Below are positions 22,736-36,490 of a stretch of 64,000 nt of DNA, one piece after another. Made by a program: the position numbers and the translations under genes. The DNA comes from Felis catus (Eukaryota), in assembly GCF_018350175.1 (NCBI RefSeq), contig NC_058368.1, positions 188,916,001-188,980,000 of the forward strand, in the 5' to 3' direction. Every line of letters starts with the position of its first letter. Positions within the stretch are counted from its first letter, which is position 1. The notes beneath the pieces were generated by a model that was not told the origin of the DNA, ran no database searches, and saw only the letters and a program-made list of their open reading frames with translations.

Positions 22736-25700
22736 GTCTCTTATCTTCTTCAAGTTAAACTCTAAACCCATTTCTCTACTTCACTTTCTAGTTTGCTAGG
22801 TCAGCAGGATTGTTTTAAAAACACTACTGCACAAATTACCACCTGATTGTCTGATTTTTCCAAGGGCCGTGAGCCGTCCGTGATATAATTCATAAGGTAG
22901 AAAACCCCCTTCCCTGCCAGCATTCTAATTTAATAAAAATACCACTATCATTATTTTTGCCTGTTTTTTTTCCTGCACTTAAGGAATATACAAACTACTT
23001 TTTATTAATTAGCCAGATGTAACACTCTTCGAAGGGATTCTTCACCAGTTTTACAGTCTTTTTAAAGTAAACCATCATCTTTCAAAAGCCGCTTCTTTAT
23101 GGTTTCATTAGTGCTGAGATGGATGGATATTACTTTTTTGCAGAAGGCCATTTGAAATACCTGCTCATGATTACATTCCTAGTTCCATTCCTTTACTTGA
23201 AATTATTCTGATCCTCACTTTATAGTAATATTGCCTTTTTAATACCCTTGGAGTCACTTAAGGCATTGTATTACTAGAAGTATTTAGAGGAAAGGAAGAG
23301 GAAAAACTAGGTATATACTCACTGGGCACAATTTGGAGAGCAGTGGCTTAAAAACTGAAGCCTTGTTTTTGACTGTGGCTGGTTAGTTACAATGGTTACT
23401 GCCCTGTCCAAGGACAGACTTGACTATCACTTTGAAATCTACCAGTCATGGGTTCATAGTTTCAAAATGTGCTCCAAGTGCAGACTACACCCAGCTCCCA
23501 TTCCTGGCCTTGGGAAGTCAGTGACAGACCACATGACACCATGCAAATTGCAAATCATCCCTCTACTTGGTGGGGGGTGGGGGGGGGCGGGGAACACAAA
23601 CCAACAGAAACAACCTGCTAGGAAAGACACTTCTAGAACATGGAGGTCAAGAACATTATTTTGTACTGTGATGTGGAGGAAAGACTCGACGTAAATTCAA
23701 TTTTTAGTTTCACCTCTGACCTTTACGTGACCTTGAACAAGTCACCTTACTTTTGGGGATCCTTAGTTTTCTTCTTGGTAAAATGAAGGTGATGATCTGT
23801 AGGGGTAAAAAAACCTGTGTGCCTTGAGTGGGGGCAGGTCATGTACATAGGGGAAGTGGGCTGGGTGGAGACTGCAGAAGAAGGGCAAGTGTATGCTCTA
23901 TTGTCCCACAGAGAGTTGTGGCCGAGGGGACTGAGGGCCCAGTGGGGCCAGATGTTCTAGTGTGGCAAGAACAAAAACTCCTGATTTTTAATTGTTGGTA
24001 ACTAATTATAAAATTTTTAAACCTAGAAGGGAAGAAGGGGGAAATGCCACTTAGGAGGAATAGAGCCATAGACTAACAGTTTGAGATCTCTAGATCAAAA
24101 TGTCTCTAGGCTTCATCCCAGCTCAAATATCCTTGCTTCTAGGTATACATATTAATATTTCAATTGGAATATCATACTATTCTAAGTTTTAAAGGCAATA
24201 TTTTATTCTTCGGCTCCAATTTACCAGTCTACGAGTGGCTGTGTTATTATTAACATATTGTTCATGAAAATGATGACATTTCACTTGTTAATAAATGGTT
24301 AACCAACAGTGGGGATGTGGCCGTGTCCTGTCTTCTTCAGCTAGGGGGCTAGCTCTCACCAAAGCCTTACATTATTTCTCTCCAGAAGAATAAAAGGGTA
24401 GACACCTTGAAATTCTTTGTAATGACAATAACATGGAAATCTGCTTCTCTGCAGAATGAATCAACCAACCACACATAACCACCCACTCATTTAGACACTT
24501 CAAACTGATACATAAATATCTACTCAGCAAAGGATGACTATTGGGCTCTTTCATTGGGGATGTGTGGGAGTGGACCTAAATGCTAATGCATGTTGATTTG
24601 GGGGGTATGGTAATACTTTATCTTACCATTGAAAAATCCTGTTTGAAACTGTCCTGTTTAAAACTTCCAGAACCAAACCCCTAGTCCTTGGCTGCTCCAA
24701 TCCTTCCTTCATCCCCACCTCAGACAGCCTCTGCACAGTGAGACTGCTGGCTATTTTCACCTTTTAGATGACCTGTAGGAGCCTTCATTTTTCCTCATTC
24801 TGGGCTTTTTACCATCTCATTTACAGGTAGCCTGAATTATTTTGAGCAACTCTGCACATCTCTATTTATATCCTGCTTGTCAGACGGTTGGAGGAAAGTT
24901 CCCTTTCGTAGCTCATGTTTCTGCATATAAGTAGAAATAGAGACCGTGCTTTACATTCATGCAGTCCTCCCTGTGTGACCCATGGACTTCCAAACCTCCC
25001 TGCTCAAATAACTGCCCCTGGATTTCAAGTGGGAGAGTTCACAAAGGCAAATTTATTTCACAGAATCTTTCATGGTCCAAAGAGAGTGAATCCTGGCATG
25101 CTGTAGCTCATGGTAATTGCTCTCCCTCATTTTTTTCTTCATTCATAAATACTGAGATTTTCTTTGGCTGAATATTAATGGGAGAGTTTAGACTAGTGAG
25201 TTTTCGTCTTTAAGCAGTAGCTTTATGGAAGATGTATGCTGTGGAGAGAGGTAGCTTCAGAAGGTTGCTACTCTCAGGGTTTCAATTTTTGAAAAAGCAT
25301 AGACTTGGGGCCAAAGATGAAGAATTCTTGCCACCCATGGTAATGTACAACCCTAGCTTATGTGTCTGCCCTGTCTTCCCTTCATTTGGGCAAATTCCTG
25401 GGGACTGTATGCTGGGGATCGTTAAAGGCTTAGGGAGTGTTGATACTGTCATTATTGTTCTCTTGAGTTTCAGGTTGTGTTTACTTGAATTTAAGACCAA
25501 TTGTGGCATCAGTTTCTCTATTCTTTCCCCCTATGGCAAAATGCAGTGCCCTCACAAAGCTATAGTGCAGGGACCCTGTCAGCTTGCATGCGCTAACACT
25601 TTATTATCTAATGATCTAATATGCAACAAGGCAAAGTGCCGGTGCTCATCATTCTGACACAGAATGCCGGGAGAAGTGACTAAATTACTTTATGTACCAT

Positions 25701-27154
25701 TAGCGCTAGCAGCTATGGTGAACTCACCGGCAGCATTTATGCAAATGCCTGTGAATACACTCTAGTGGCTTTGTCAGAAAGCCTTCTGACAAGCAGTTTA
25801 AATGCTCATTTTTTTTAGGGGACATTTTTTTTTTTTTTGGCGTGCATGTGTTTTTATCCCTTCCTCCCTTCTCTTTGCCTCTATTCTCTCCCCTTTTTGT
25901 ATGGTTGGAGGACATGCCTTCTCTGTGATCACTGGGAAATCTGAGCAGGTCAGAGAGCTCAGCTGATCATCAGTAGGCACCCTTTCTGGTTTTAAGGCCC
26001 CAACTGGTGTTTTGCATAGTTAGGTTTTTTTTTTTTAAATTGGTATGAATTTGTATAGTTATCATATGTATTTGAAAAATCAGTAAACCTATTAATCAAG
26101 AGTTTTTAGAAGGTGAACACTTTAATGTTAATGAGTTCTAACCTAAGATCCTACTTAGTTTCTTGGCTCAAATATAGATGATTTTAAATACCCATGCTTT
26201 TTAAAATTGCAAAACAGTTGAAATTTAGTTTTTGTAGGCATGAGATACAAATGAATTAAATTTCCCTTTAAAGTAATTCTACAGATAAAGACATGAAGTA
26301 TAAATGTGCCAGGATCCCAGCATAAAACAAACCTAAACAAAAGTAGGGTTTGGTCAAACTAAAAACACTTTATAGAATAGAGAGTGGTAATAGAATCACT
26401 GGGCCCATCTCTTTGCTGTAATTACAGCGTTAGAGAAGTAGAATCAGATTTTCCCCACCACCAGTTAGTTCTGACCTCTCCATTGTAGTTTCCCTTTCCA
26501 GCTGTCCCTGACAATATGGTGTTATTCTTGCTCTTTAGCATTTGACCTTCTTTAATCCTTTTGCTCCAGACAGAAGCAGTTTTTGCTTCTGTTGGTTGCC
26601 CCTGGGTATCCAACCCCATTGACTCCCTGTGCCCAGCTGCACTTAAATTTGTTGTTTTATGGACATGTGGAGAAAGATGATTCAGGCTTGGGAAGATTAC
26701 TCCAAATTGAGAGACAGCATGGAGCTTCCAACAGAAAGGAGAAGCCCCCTCTTCTCCCTTCTGTGTAATGAGGCCCTAAGAAGTGGCTAGTAAATATCAG
26801 CCAGATTTAACAGAGGGAGGATCGGGCTGTCTGAGGGAAGAGCTGGATTCCGGACCTGACTCTGTCATGAACTAGCTGTATGACTCTGGGCAGGTACTTT
26901 GCTTCTGTGGCCTCAGTTTGGTATGCATTCAACGAGAGCTGGGTTGGGTCATCTCTAGACCTTTTAGCATGCACAATTTTTGGTGCTCTGAACTGAAACT
27001 GTTGACACATGCCTCTCCTTGTCTGGAGGTGCCTTTGGAGAAACAGGACCTCAGGAGAACAAAGAAATCCACTGGATGTTTCCGGTATAGCACTTTCTTT
27101 GGATCTCCAGCCAAGGAATGAGGTCTCAGCTTACTTCGACTTCAAATCATTCCT

Positions 27155-27610
27155 TCTCCGTTCATTCATTCTAAGCATCCAGTACGTGACAGACACCATG
27201 CTGAGATACAGTAGCACAAGGCAGATACAGGCCCTGTCTCCACAGAATTTCTAACGTAAATAGAGAAGGAAGATATTTAAAACAATTTGCAACCAGCCCA
27301 TGAGAGCTATGCATAAAAAGGGGGACCATAACAGGAGTGGGGTGGGGGGAAGTGAGGTGTCAGGGAAGCTTCTTTGAGAATATTACATTTTTGCCGAAAC
27401 CTAAGAAAGAGCTGAGTAAGTTTTCACGAGGTAAAAGGGACAGAAACAAATTTCCAGGAAGAGGGGACAGCGTGTACACAGGCTATTTTGCTTAGGTGAG
27501 TTCAGGGAACCTAGAGGAGACTGGGATGACTCCTGTTGCTCCCTGTCACTGGGAGGATGGCAGGAGATGAGGCCACGGTGGCTGCTGAGGGCCAGATTAT
27601 GCAGGCCCAC
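27155..27610 (-). mobile_element. L2 fragment
   Basis: ttcattcattctaagcatccagtacgtgacagacaccatgctga...cagggaagcttcttt...ttccaggaagaggggacagcgtgt...gggccagattatgcagg. Confidence 0.7.
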
Positions 27611-29219
27611 ATGAGACACTCAGGCCGTGGTTGTTGGCAATTGTGAAATGGTGTGGGGGGCCAAGCAGGGCTTTGATGAACTCATTTTCAATTACATGGA
27701 CTCCTAGTGTGTCATGAAAGCCCAGGGCAAGATCACTCTGAGTTGCTTATAACTTTGCTCTTCCCTGCCGGCCCTTGGAAGCTCACCAGGGAGTTGGCTG
27801 TGCCTGGGAGCCGTCCCCCTGATCACTCCTCATTTTATCAATAGTGCAAGTGTTCAAAATAGGAAGAAAGTCAAACATTTTGAGAGTTCTTTTTCCAGAT
27901 GGTTTTGGCTTATCGATTTGCTTTTTGCATAAGTAGCTTAGAAAGAATTTACCTATTGACTACTGTTGAACTTACAGAGACTTTTTTAAGGCCTTCAGAA
28001 TGGAGGGCTGCTGTGTTACTTGGCTATGAAATGTATATTATTTGTCTAACCCCACCAAACTAAAATTGAATGAGTGAAAATAAACTAAACAATGAAGAGA
28101 AGGCATACTATCCCAAATTTCTCTCTTCCTCTCCCACTGTGGTCAATGGGTGAGTGACAGCTCATGCCAAGTGAAGGGCCACTGACGTATAAAAGGTCAT
28201 CCAGTGCATCCTGTCATTTTCCAGATAAGGAAACTGAGACCTAGCAAGGGGATGTAATCTTCTCACATTCACATAGATAGTTTCTGTCAAAATCTATTTG
28301 GTGCTCTTTACCCACAGTATGCTGGCAGGCAAGTGTGAATTCAGGCGGCACACAGCTTTATAGTCATTGGGTTACACAAGACATTGGAGGACTTGGAGTT
28401 TACTCCTGATGCCTTTACAGTTCAGGTTGCTATCAGCTTGCAGGGGTCTCTCTGGGATTCCAAAGATCATGAAAGATACATCTCTCTAGCTTCCTGACAG
28501 AAATGCACTTTCAAAACATGAGGGCCAGGTATGAAAGATGCAGACAGAGCTTTACACTTAGACAGTGGCCCTTCATATGACTGGTTTTGGTGAAGAACTC
28601 CAGTCAGGCCCACTGAGGGAAAAGCATTTTGGTGAAGGGTCCAGGTTACTGTAGATAAATATTGATGTCATGCTTTGTTACTTAGAGTGGCACATTACAT
28701 CTTATCAATTGATTTTCCTACTTGAAAAAGAAAGACAGATGAATGGACAAACATTAGGGCTAAGAATATCCAGATGTGTCATAGAATAGAGCTCATAGGC
28801 CCCAGATTTTCAAGCATCAAATCAGGCCTTTTTCTTTGAGCAGTGGGGAAGTAGCCTTTTGTCCTCCCTCACAATAAAAAATTACGTGGCAAGAAGTCAA
28901 GATAATGAATGAAGATGTTAAGTGGAGACTGGTTTTTCAGTGTATATCCAGAGTAATCCATAAAGTGGGTAATGCCAGAAATCCTAACGTTGGCGACTTG
29001 ATAGCCAGCAAGCTCGGGGTCAGGCAGATGAAAGAGTCTTCAGGAGCCACAGGTCACTGACAAGCAGGTGATCTGTGTTATTCTTAGTTGAATCTGACAC
29101 TACCCATGGCACTAATGGGAAAGGAGAAATAATGCTGAGACTTTGCTCCTCTGCTTAGTGGTGACCAGGCCAAGTGGCAATGTGTATTATTATTATTATT
29201 GCTGTTGTTATTTGCTATT

Positions 29220-29655
29220 ATCAGCTAACACTTATGGAACATTTACTCTGTGCCAGTACTGTGGTAATTATTTGACTTATCAAGTCCTCCAACAAATCTG
29301 ATGAACTATAACAATTACTATTCTCATTTTATAGATGAGAAAACTAGGGTTTAGAGAGGGTCAGTAACTTACCCAATGTCACAAAACTAATTAGAATCGG
29401 ACCTGAGACTTGACCCCTGGTCTGCCTAACCACATAGCCTCTGCATAATAATAGTACTAAGAATAATGACAGTAACCCGCAGTGAGTCCTTACTATGCCA
29501 GGCACATAGTAAGAGGCACCCCTTGTAAAGATGAGGAAACCGAGATTAAAGAGAGGCTAAGTTATTTGCCCAGAGTTGCACAGCATATAAGAGGTATATC
29601 TAGAATTCAAATCCAGAAAGCCTGACTTTGGAGTCTGTACTTTCAATTACTTGCT
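29220..29655 (-). mobile_element. Two tandem MIR elements
   Basis: Cores cattttatagatgagaaaactaggg (about 29325) and agatgaggaaaccgaga..gctaagttatttgcccagag (about 29530). Confidence 0.7.
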
Positions 29656-32289
29656 CTGTATATAATGCTAAAATTCTTTCCATCTCTTATTCCACTGTTC
29701 TTTTTCTCAGTACAAGGAAGGTAATTATGCTGGTATCTTAAATAGACCTTTCAAAAGTTAACTCAGAGAATATCTTCTTCTTTTTCTTAATGGCATACTG
29801 TGTATGTTTACCTTATAGCTTATTTTCCTTCAGTAATAACCTATTTTTTTCCCATGGCTATTCCACATTCTGCTAGTCAAATAAAAAAAAAATGCTGATT
29901 TTGTTTGATGACTAGTATGTTTTCTATGGGGTTGGCAAGATAAGAAGGAGACTGGTAATATTTTATTTATTTGTAAGGATGTTCTAACTCATCTCTGTAG
30001 AAATCATTTGTTGACCATATGGGCTTCCTGGCATGTATACAAGGTAGAGAAAAAGGAGACCAGAGGAATACTGTGAGACTGTGAATTAAAAGGCTGTTGG
30101 GATACTAACAGCCTCCTTGTTAGGGGACTGAAGGGCTGCTAAACCTCATGCAGCAAATAACATGGGAACATGATATAGATTTGGGGAGGCTGTTTTCTTA
30201 GATGAATTTCTTGACAAACCTATCAACTTTGGGAGACGTCCAGTATTTGGTATTTTGAATGACCTAATAAATGAGTGAGCCACATCTAACTTATTTTAAT
30301 AAGCCCGGAGTGTAGGGAAGAGCATGGTGGGAGGCAGGGAGTGGTGCTTGCTGCTTATATGTTGGACCGAAATGACAGAACTTTTGTAAACCTAATTGTT
30401 TTATCTTATGTTTGGATACAAAATCATCATAATTCCAGTTGTGCTTATTTGCATGACTGATTATTCCAAACTAAGGGCCTCTTTCTACTTACTTGTCATA
30501 GGACCTTCTCTGACTTGAGAGTATCAGAGGATTCAAGGGATATGAACATGCAAATGAAAGCATTTGTAATCTGTCATCAATCTTATTAAGATGAGATATT
30601 TAGGGTCAGTGGCCAGGAGTGGGTTTGAAACATTTTTGTTTGAACATTTTCAGTTGCGCATTCAGAAACAAAAATAGAGCCTGCCTCTACCTTTCAACCT
30701 TGCTACGTGATCTCAAATATGTATTTTGATTTCTTTGGATCTCAGTTTCCACATCAATTAAAGGGGGAGTTTGGTAGCTTCCTTCAAGTCCCGATGATTT
30801 GTTATTTGAATCCAGCTATTTCTGTTGAGAGGTCTCCTATCTCCTAAGGTGTTACACATACACTTCCTTGGTGAGTGGCCACCAATACCAAGGTGATGGT
30901 CATTTTACAGGATAGATACAAGGCCAACTTCTCTTCACCTTGAGCATTTCTCTAAGAGATCAGCAGTGGGTTCCAGGAGGCCTGGAAAAGCCCAGAGTGT
31001 AGCATACACAACCGCTAGGTAGCTCTCACCTGATGACGTTCTTCTCTCTGAATTTCTTCAGCTGAGATGGTAGTGTCGAATCCACTTGATGGTTAGCAGT
31101 GAGCTTTTAGATTAGGTTTCCCATGCAGTCTGTGAGATGATTTTAGGTGATGGGGATAAAACATTAAAAAAATTTTTTTTTCTAAATAGTTGCAGGTCTA
31201 TCTTGATGCATAAGCAAGCAAGCAAACAAACAAACAGAAATACAGCACTCCAAAGTTGTGATCTTAGCTATTACTGCTCAGGGCAAGACTGAATTAAAGA
31301 AAAAGAAAGTCAATCTAGACAAAAATAGCAGCTAGATCAATTAATTAATATTAAGTAGGTCATAATGTACGTGGTATTAGTATGGAGCAAAATCAGGACT
31401 GAAGTTTGGGAAACTGTTTTAGAGGGCTTAAGCGTTGGGGAAGTAATAATTCTTTCAAGTCATCAGGAAACAGAGTAGGACCCTGGGAAACATAATTTTT
31501 TTAAGAATCAAAAAAAATTTTTTTTAAAGAAAACTTTTTAGTTCAATTTACCATTAGAATAGATACAATGTCCTTGTAGGATTTTGAAAATCAAAATGTT
31601 TCCCAAGCTGTTAACTCTGTTTTTATTTTTAAACAAGTGGTGTCTACATGTCAGAGGGCAGAAATTAGTGTGGAAAGGAGGATTTGAGTCAAGGGAGAGA
31701 ATCAGCCAGGGTCCACCCAGGCAGCACATTATGATAATATATACGGAACCAGCTGGACACTGAGCAAAGCTGACATTGTGTTGTCAGGGGCAGAATCGGC
31801 CATCAATTTCCGAGATAGAATTTGAGTTCAAATGACAGAAAGAGCAGCAACTGTGTTGAAACTGATGCATGGGGGAGGGGCTGGGTAGGCAGGAACCAGC
31901 CAGGCCTAAAGACAGGAAGTGCTGGTACCTCCGGAAGGGGGTGGCTCTGTTTTCTCATCTGGCTGCTACCCTTCCTTCTAACCTTAACATCTGTCAGCAA
32001 GATCCACCTGGGCCTTTGCATGATTAGAGCCACTGTAGGGGGAGCTTACTGGTGCTAATTTTAGCCCCCATGAGCATAGAGTGCCTGCTGCAGGACCGCG
32101 GGCCAGATCAGCTTAGGAAAATTAGGAAAACAGATTCCAAGGAGCTGCTGCTTACCCATTTAGGAAGTTCTATGTTGATGTAGTGGCGATTGTTAATAAT
32201 GACTGAAAGAGTTTTCAACTTTTAAACTATTCTGTTTTGTTCCTTAATATCTTAACGACCCTGATGATTCTTCTTTTGTTCATTCTCTC

Positions 32290-32410
32290 CTTCATTCAGG
32301 CATTCAGTCTTTCATCTATTTAACATATGTTTACTGACTGCCTATTGTATTAGACATTAGGGATGCAGAGGTGAACAAGACAGGGGCAGCCTTTTGAGGT
32401 ATATAGTTGT

Positions 32411-32442
<32 letters not shown>

Positions 32443-32730
32443 CTATGTTAAGCCAATAATTACAAAAAATAATTAATTTAGAATTACTTAAATTGCAATG
32501 ATAGTACGCACTATAAAAGAGAAATACAAACTGCTAAGAGAGGTTTAAACAAGGGGATTCAGCCAAGTGTGACGAATAGAAGGACACTTAAAATTTAAAA
32601 CACAAATGAGTAGCATTTTGTCAAGCAAAGAAGAGAGAGCATTTTTGGCAGAGGGGAAGCATGTCCAAAATACCATGTGGAGACACAATATTAGAAGCTT
32701 GGGAGAGGGCTAATAGGGAAGGTGAGTTAG
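32290..32730 (-). mobile_element. L2 fragment containing a (GT)n microsatellite (about 32408-32442)
   Basis: cattcagtctttcatctatttaacatatgtttactgactgcctatt...ggatgcagaggtgaacaagaca. Confidence 0.65.
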
Positions 32731-34369
32731 CTCAGAGATCCATTTTTGAAAAAATAAATTTGAAAATTTCTTATAGGTTGGTTTCTCTTTGACTTGGAGA
32801 TATGGGTCCAATGCATTTTCCTAATGAGTTAACAGGCTACTAGAACTCTTTGCCCAAGTAAATGCTAGATTTTAGGCCACTTTTTTGAGTGATGATGATT
32901 TTGCTGTTATGATACCAGCCTTTGAGCATTTATTACCTGTCAGGTTCAGTGCTCAGCCCTTTGTATCATCTCTTTTTTAATACTCTTAATCACCATAGGA
33001 GGGCACTGCTAATATTCTTCCCATTTAGCAAACAAGGGAAACTGAGGCCATCCTTCAAACATTTGGTTGTGGCCAAACAGAAAAAGAGTTAGGTTTTTGC
33101 ATCTGTAGCATTTGGACCTCCAAGTAGCTGACATAAGGCGGTCATCACCACTGCTCTTTCCCACTGTTTAGTCAATGCTAATCTCCTCACATTGGACTTC
33201 AGAGGTGGAGAGAAATTCTCCTGCTATTTGATCATGTAATATAATTCCTGCTTCAATTGAAGCAAATTCACAACGTTACTCAAAGGCAAATTGAAAAGCC
33301 AGATCTGTGCTAAATCCCCAGGGCATGTTAGTTGGCATGTGCAGTGATATATGGGAAGGTGCTTTTCTGGGTTAAGATAAAAAATCCTGGTATCACGTCA
33401 CGCTATCAGGCACCCCATCTTAATCTCCTTGTGCCAGCCCTGCAACTTGAAATACTCAGTGGACAGAAATGAAACTTTATAGAAATTAGGTGAACATCAT
33501 CCTTATCAGATGAATATGATGCCATCAGCATGATTTTAGCATCTTCAGAAAAAAGAGATTTACCTGGAGAGGAGCAAGAAAGAGTCTGAGATGTGGATTG
33601 TAGGACTTTTCTGCTAGTCTGCCTTGGGCAAGTTGGCTGGGAGATGACCTAGTAATTAAAGTCCTGCTTAAACGTATGCTGGTCAGTCATAGTAGAGGCA
33701 CCGACATGGGAAACCAGACGGTAACCAGAGAAGGAAAAGAAAAGTGAAACACAAAAGTAACACTCTGGAGCCCACAGGGTGCAGAAATAGATCTGAATTG
33801 GATGAATACTTATCTGACCACTAAGCATGAAAGCGAAACCCAAGTACTAATATATTTTTATCCCAATCTGTGAAATTAATCAATATTTTATATGTGAACA
33901 TATGCTGCTATGTTGCTGGCTTATGTAATTGACAGTTGCAATCAGTAGGACACCAGTTGTTCAAACCCACATTTTTCACCCGTAGTTCTGGGGAGACATG
34001 CAGCAGGAGAATGCAGGGAATAGAGGCACAGACAATGTCAGATTTGGAGCTTCTTCTCAAGTTTCTCTCATTGTCTTCAGGGCAAAGTAAGAAAAATTTC
34101 AAGAGACAGGCATATGTAACCAATAAAAAATAGCAATAGACTTTGGCTGTTATTTGGAAGAATGGTTAAAATTAATGTGGTTGGCACACATTGAGAAGTT
34201 TAATTCTTTATTATTCTTTGTCTTCTTTTTGAGCACAGGTGGGAAGCCAACAGATACTGAACCCCTACTTTGTGCAGAGCCCGAGGCAGATGTTTTTAGG
34301 TATATTATGTCTAGGACTGTGGATGAGGGGACTGTGTCCCAGCAGTTCCCCGGTATTTTATCATTTCTT

Positions 34370-34817
34370 TTTTTTTTTATGTTTATTCATTTTTTTTTAA
34401 ATTTTTTTTTCAACGTTTATTTATTTTTGGGACAGAGAGACACAGCATGAACGGGGGAGGGGCAGAGAGAGAGGGAGACACAGAATCGGAAACAGGCTCC
34501 AGGCTCCGAGCCATCAGCCCAGAGCCTGACGCGGGGCTCGAACTCACGGACCGCGAGATCGTGACCTGGCTGAAGTCGGACGCTTAACCGACTGCGCCAC
34601 CCAGGCGCCCCTATGTTTATTCATTTTTTAAGAGACAGAGAGAGACAGAGTGTGAATGGGGTAGGGGCAGAGAGAGAGGGAGACACAGAATCTGAAGCAG
34701 GCTCCAGGCTCTGAGCTGTCAGCACAGAGCCTGACACAGGGCTTGGACTCACAAACCGTGAGATCATGACCTGAGCCAAAGTCAGACGCTCAAATGACTG
34801 AGCCACCCAGGCGCCCC
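34370..34817 (-). mobile_element. CAN-SINE (SINEC_Fc2-like), host of a nested insertion
   Basis: Body at 34612-34817 and tail remnant at 34370-34395. 17-bp TSD GTATTTTATCATTTCTT at 34353-34369 and 34819-34835. Confidence 0.93.
34396..34611 (-). mobile_element. Young SINEC_Fc-like element nested in the A-tail of another SINE
   Basis: CpG-rich near-consensus copy. 18-bp TSD TATGTTTATTCATTTTTT at 34378-34395 and 34612-34629. Confidence 0.95.
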
Positions 34818-36289
34818 AGTATTTTATCATTTCTTAGGGGAGAAGGAAAATAGAGTTTTGGTCATTCTTTGCTAAAATCTTCTGGCTGAATCATCAAACC
34901 AGCTGTACCTTCTAGTAACTAGTATGTGCAACAAAAAATAAAGTCAGACATCAGATTCTTCTACCTTTCAACTTTGGCAGAATCCTAGAAACTCTTCTTG
35001 ATTTGGTTAGCTAAAGCCTGTGGAATTCAATCAATGTTGCTCAAAAGAAAGAAAAAAAAAGTTGGGGAAAATGTTATTAAGGTACTGTTTTAGGATAACG
35101 TATTTAACCAGTAAACTTTTATTATTTTCTTTGTATGTGAAAAATTCTATAATGAACACCATTGAGATGGATAATGTCCAGATTGGAAATGAAACTTAAG
35201 GGGACTTGCTCTACATTTAAAAATGTAAGTTCTTAAAGTGCTGCTACAGTTATATCTTATGTCCAAACTCTGACTGTGTGTTTAGCAGCCCAACTTGTAA
35301 CAATAGAAAAGCTTCTAAGCCTAGAAACTGGAATATTTCCAGTGTTCCTGTGTTTAAATTGGCACCTGTGGTATTATATTAGGATGCCATTTTTTGAACT
35401 TGGAAATAGAAGAAGGTAGAGAGAGATTTTACTATAATTCATATGTGGGGCTGAGTCTTAGGGGGAAAATAACTTTGCTTGGAAATAGAGTAGTAATATT
35501 CTGTAAAGTTAATAAATATCTACACTCTATCTTGGGAATAGGAATTGCACAACTAAGATTTTATGGGACTTTGGCTGTAGTATTTACATGGTTGAAGTGA
35601 ATGCTTTAGCCAAACTGAGCAGAAATTTCAGATAAATACCAAAATTGAAAGGTAGTTGGGGTGTTTTAAATATTTGACTTTATCTACAAATGTGGACTCT
35701 CAAAGTTTCAAGTTCAAGTGAGTCTCTTAAATTCAGTTACCTCATTTGTAAAGTATAATTTAGAATAACATCTGCTTGCCTGCTACTCAGGGTTGATATT
35801 AAGAATAATTGAGATGGGCAAACCCTTTGAAGGCTTAACAATGCTAGTTAATTGTCAGGCATTGGTTAAGTGCAGAATACTGTGTATCCAGTTTGTGAGT
35901 GAATGAGGTCCCTGCTTGCAAGGGATGTATTGACTGTTAGGTTGATTTGCATACATATATGCCGTCCCAGGTTTACATATACAAACATATATACCAGGAT
36001 AAAAGTTCAAGGAAAAGTGTAGTTAGTGATGAATGAATGGAAAAGACATAAGAAGTTCACTAAACAGTTGGTATTTTGTAGCCTGGGATAGGAAGAAACA
36101 GCTTCATGCAGAAGACCAGCCTTTATGAAACAGTACTGTTTGGGTAAAACCTTCCTGAAAAAGAAATGGTGGAATGATGCAAAGCATGTTTGGAAACCGT
36201 GAATTCGGAGGGCCTGTCATGATCATCTTCATTTTCTTTTTCTTTACATTCCTTCTTCTGCAACTCCTCATCTTTTTCATTCTGTCTCA

Positions 36290-36490
36290 CATTTATTTAT
36301 TGCTTACTCTGTGCAGAGCTCTGTACACGTGGATTAGCTTATTTAAACCTCACAACAACCTCATGAGGTGAGTTCTCTTATAACTGTCATCCCCAACTAA
36401 AGTGATAGAAACTGAGGCTTGAGAAAAGTAATTTACCCAAGCTGGTAAGTGTTGAAGCTGTAATGTGAGCTGAGGCCTCCTGAATCCAAA
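36290..36490 (-). mobile_element. MIR SINE
   Basis: atttattt..tgcttactctgtgc...atttaaacctcacaacaacctcatgaggt...gaaactgaggctt. Confidence 0.75.

Noticed and set aside
27819..27833. CTGATCACTCCTCAT encodes LITPH, the start of the next EBF1 exon (exon 10)
   Set aside because: There is no AG acceptor in front, the sequence continues FI.. rather than AIRVQTPP, and it lies upstream of exon 9. This is a chance match. The true exon 10 was not found and presumably lies beyond the window.
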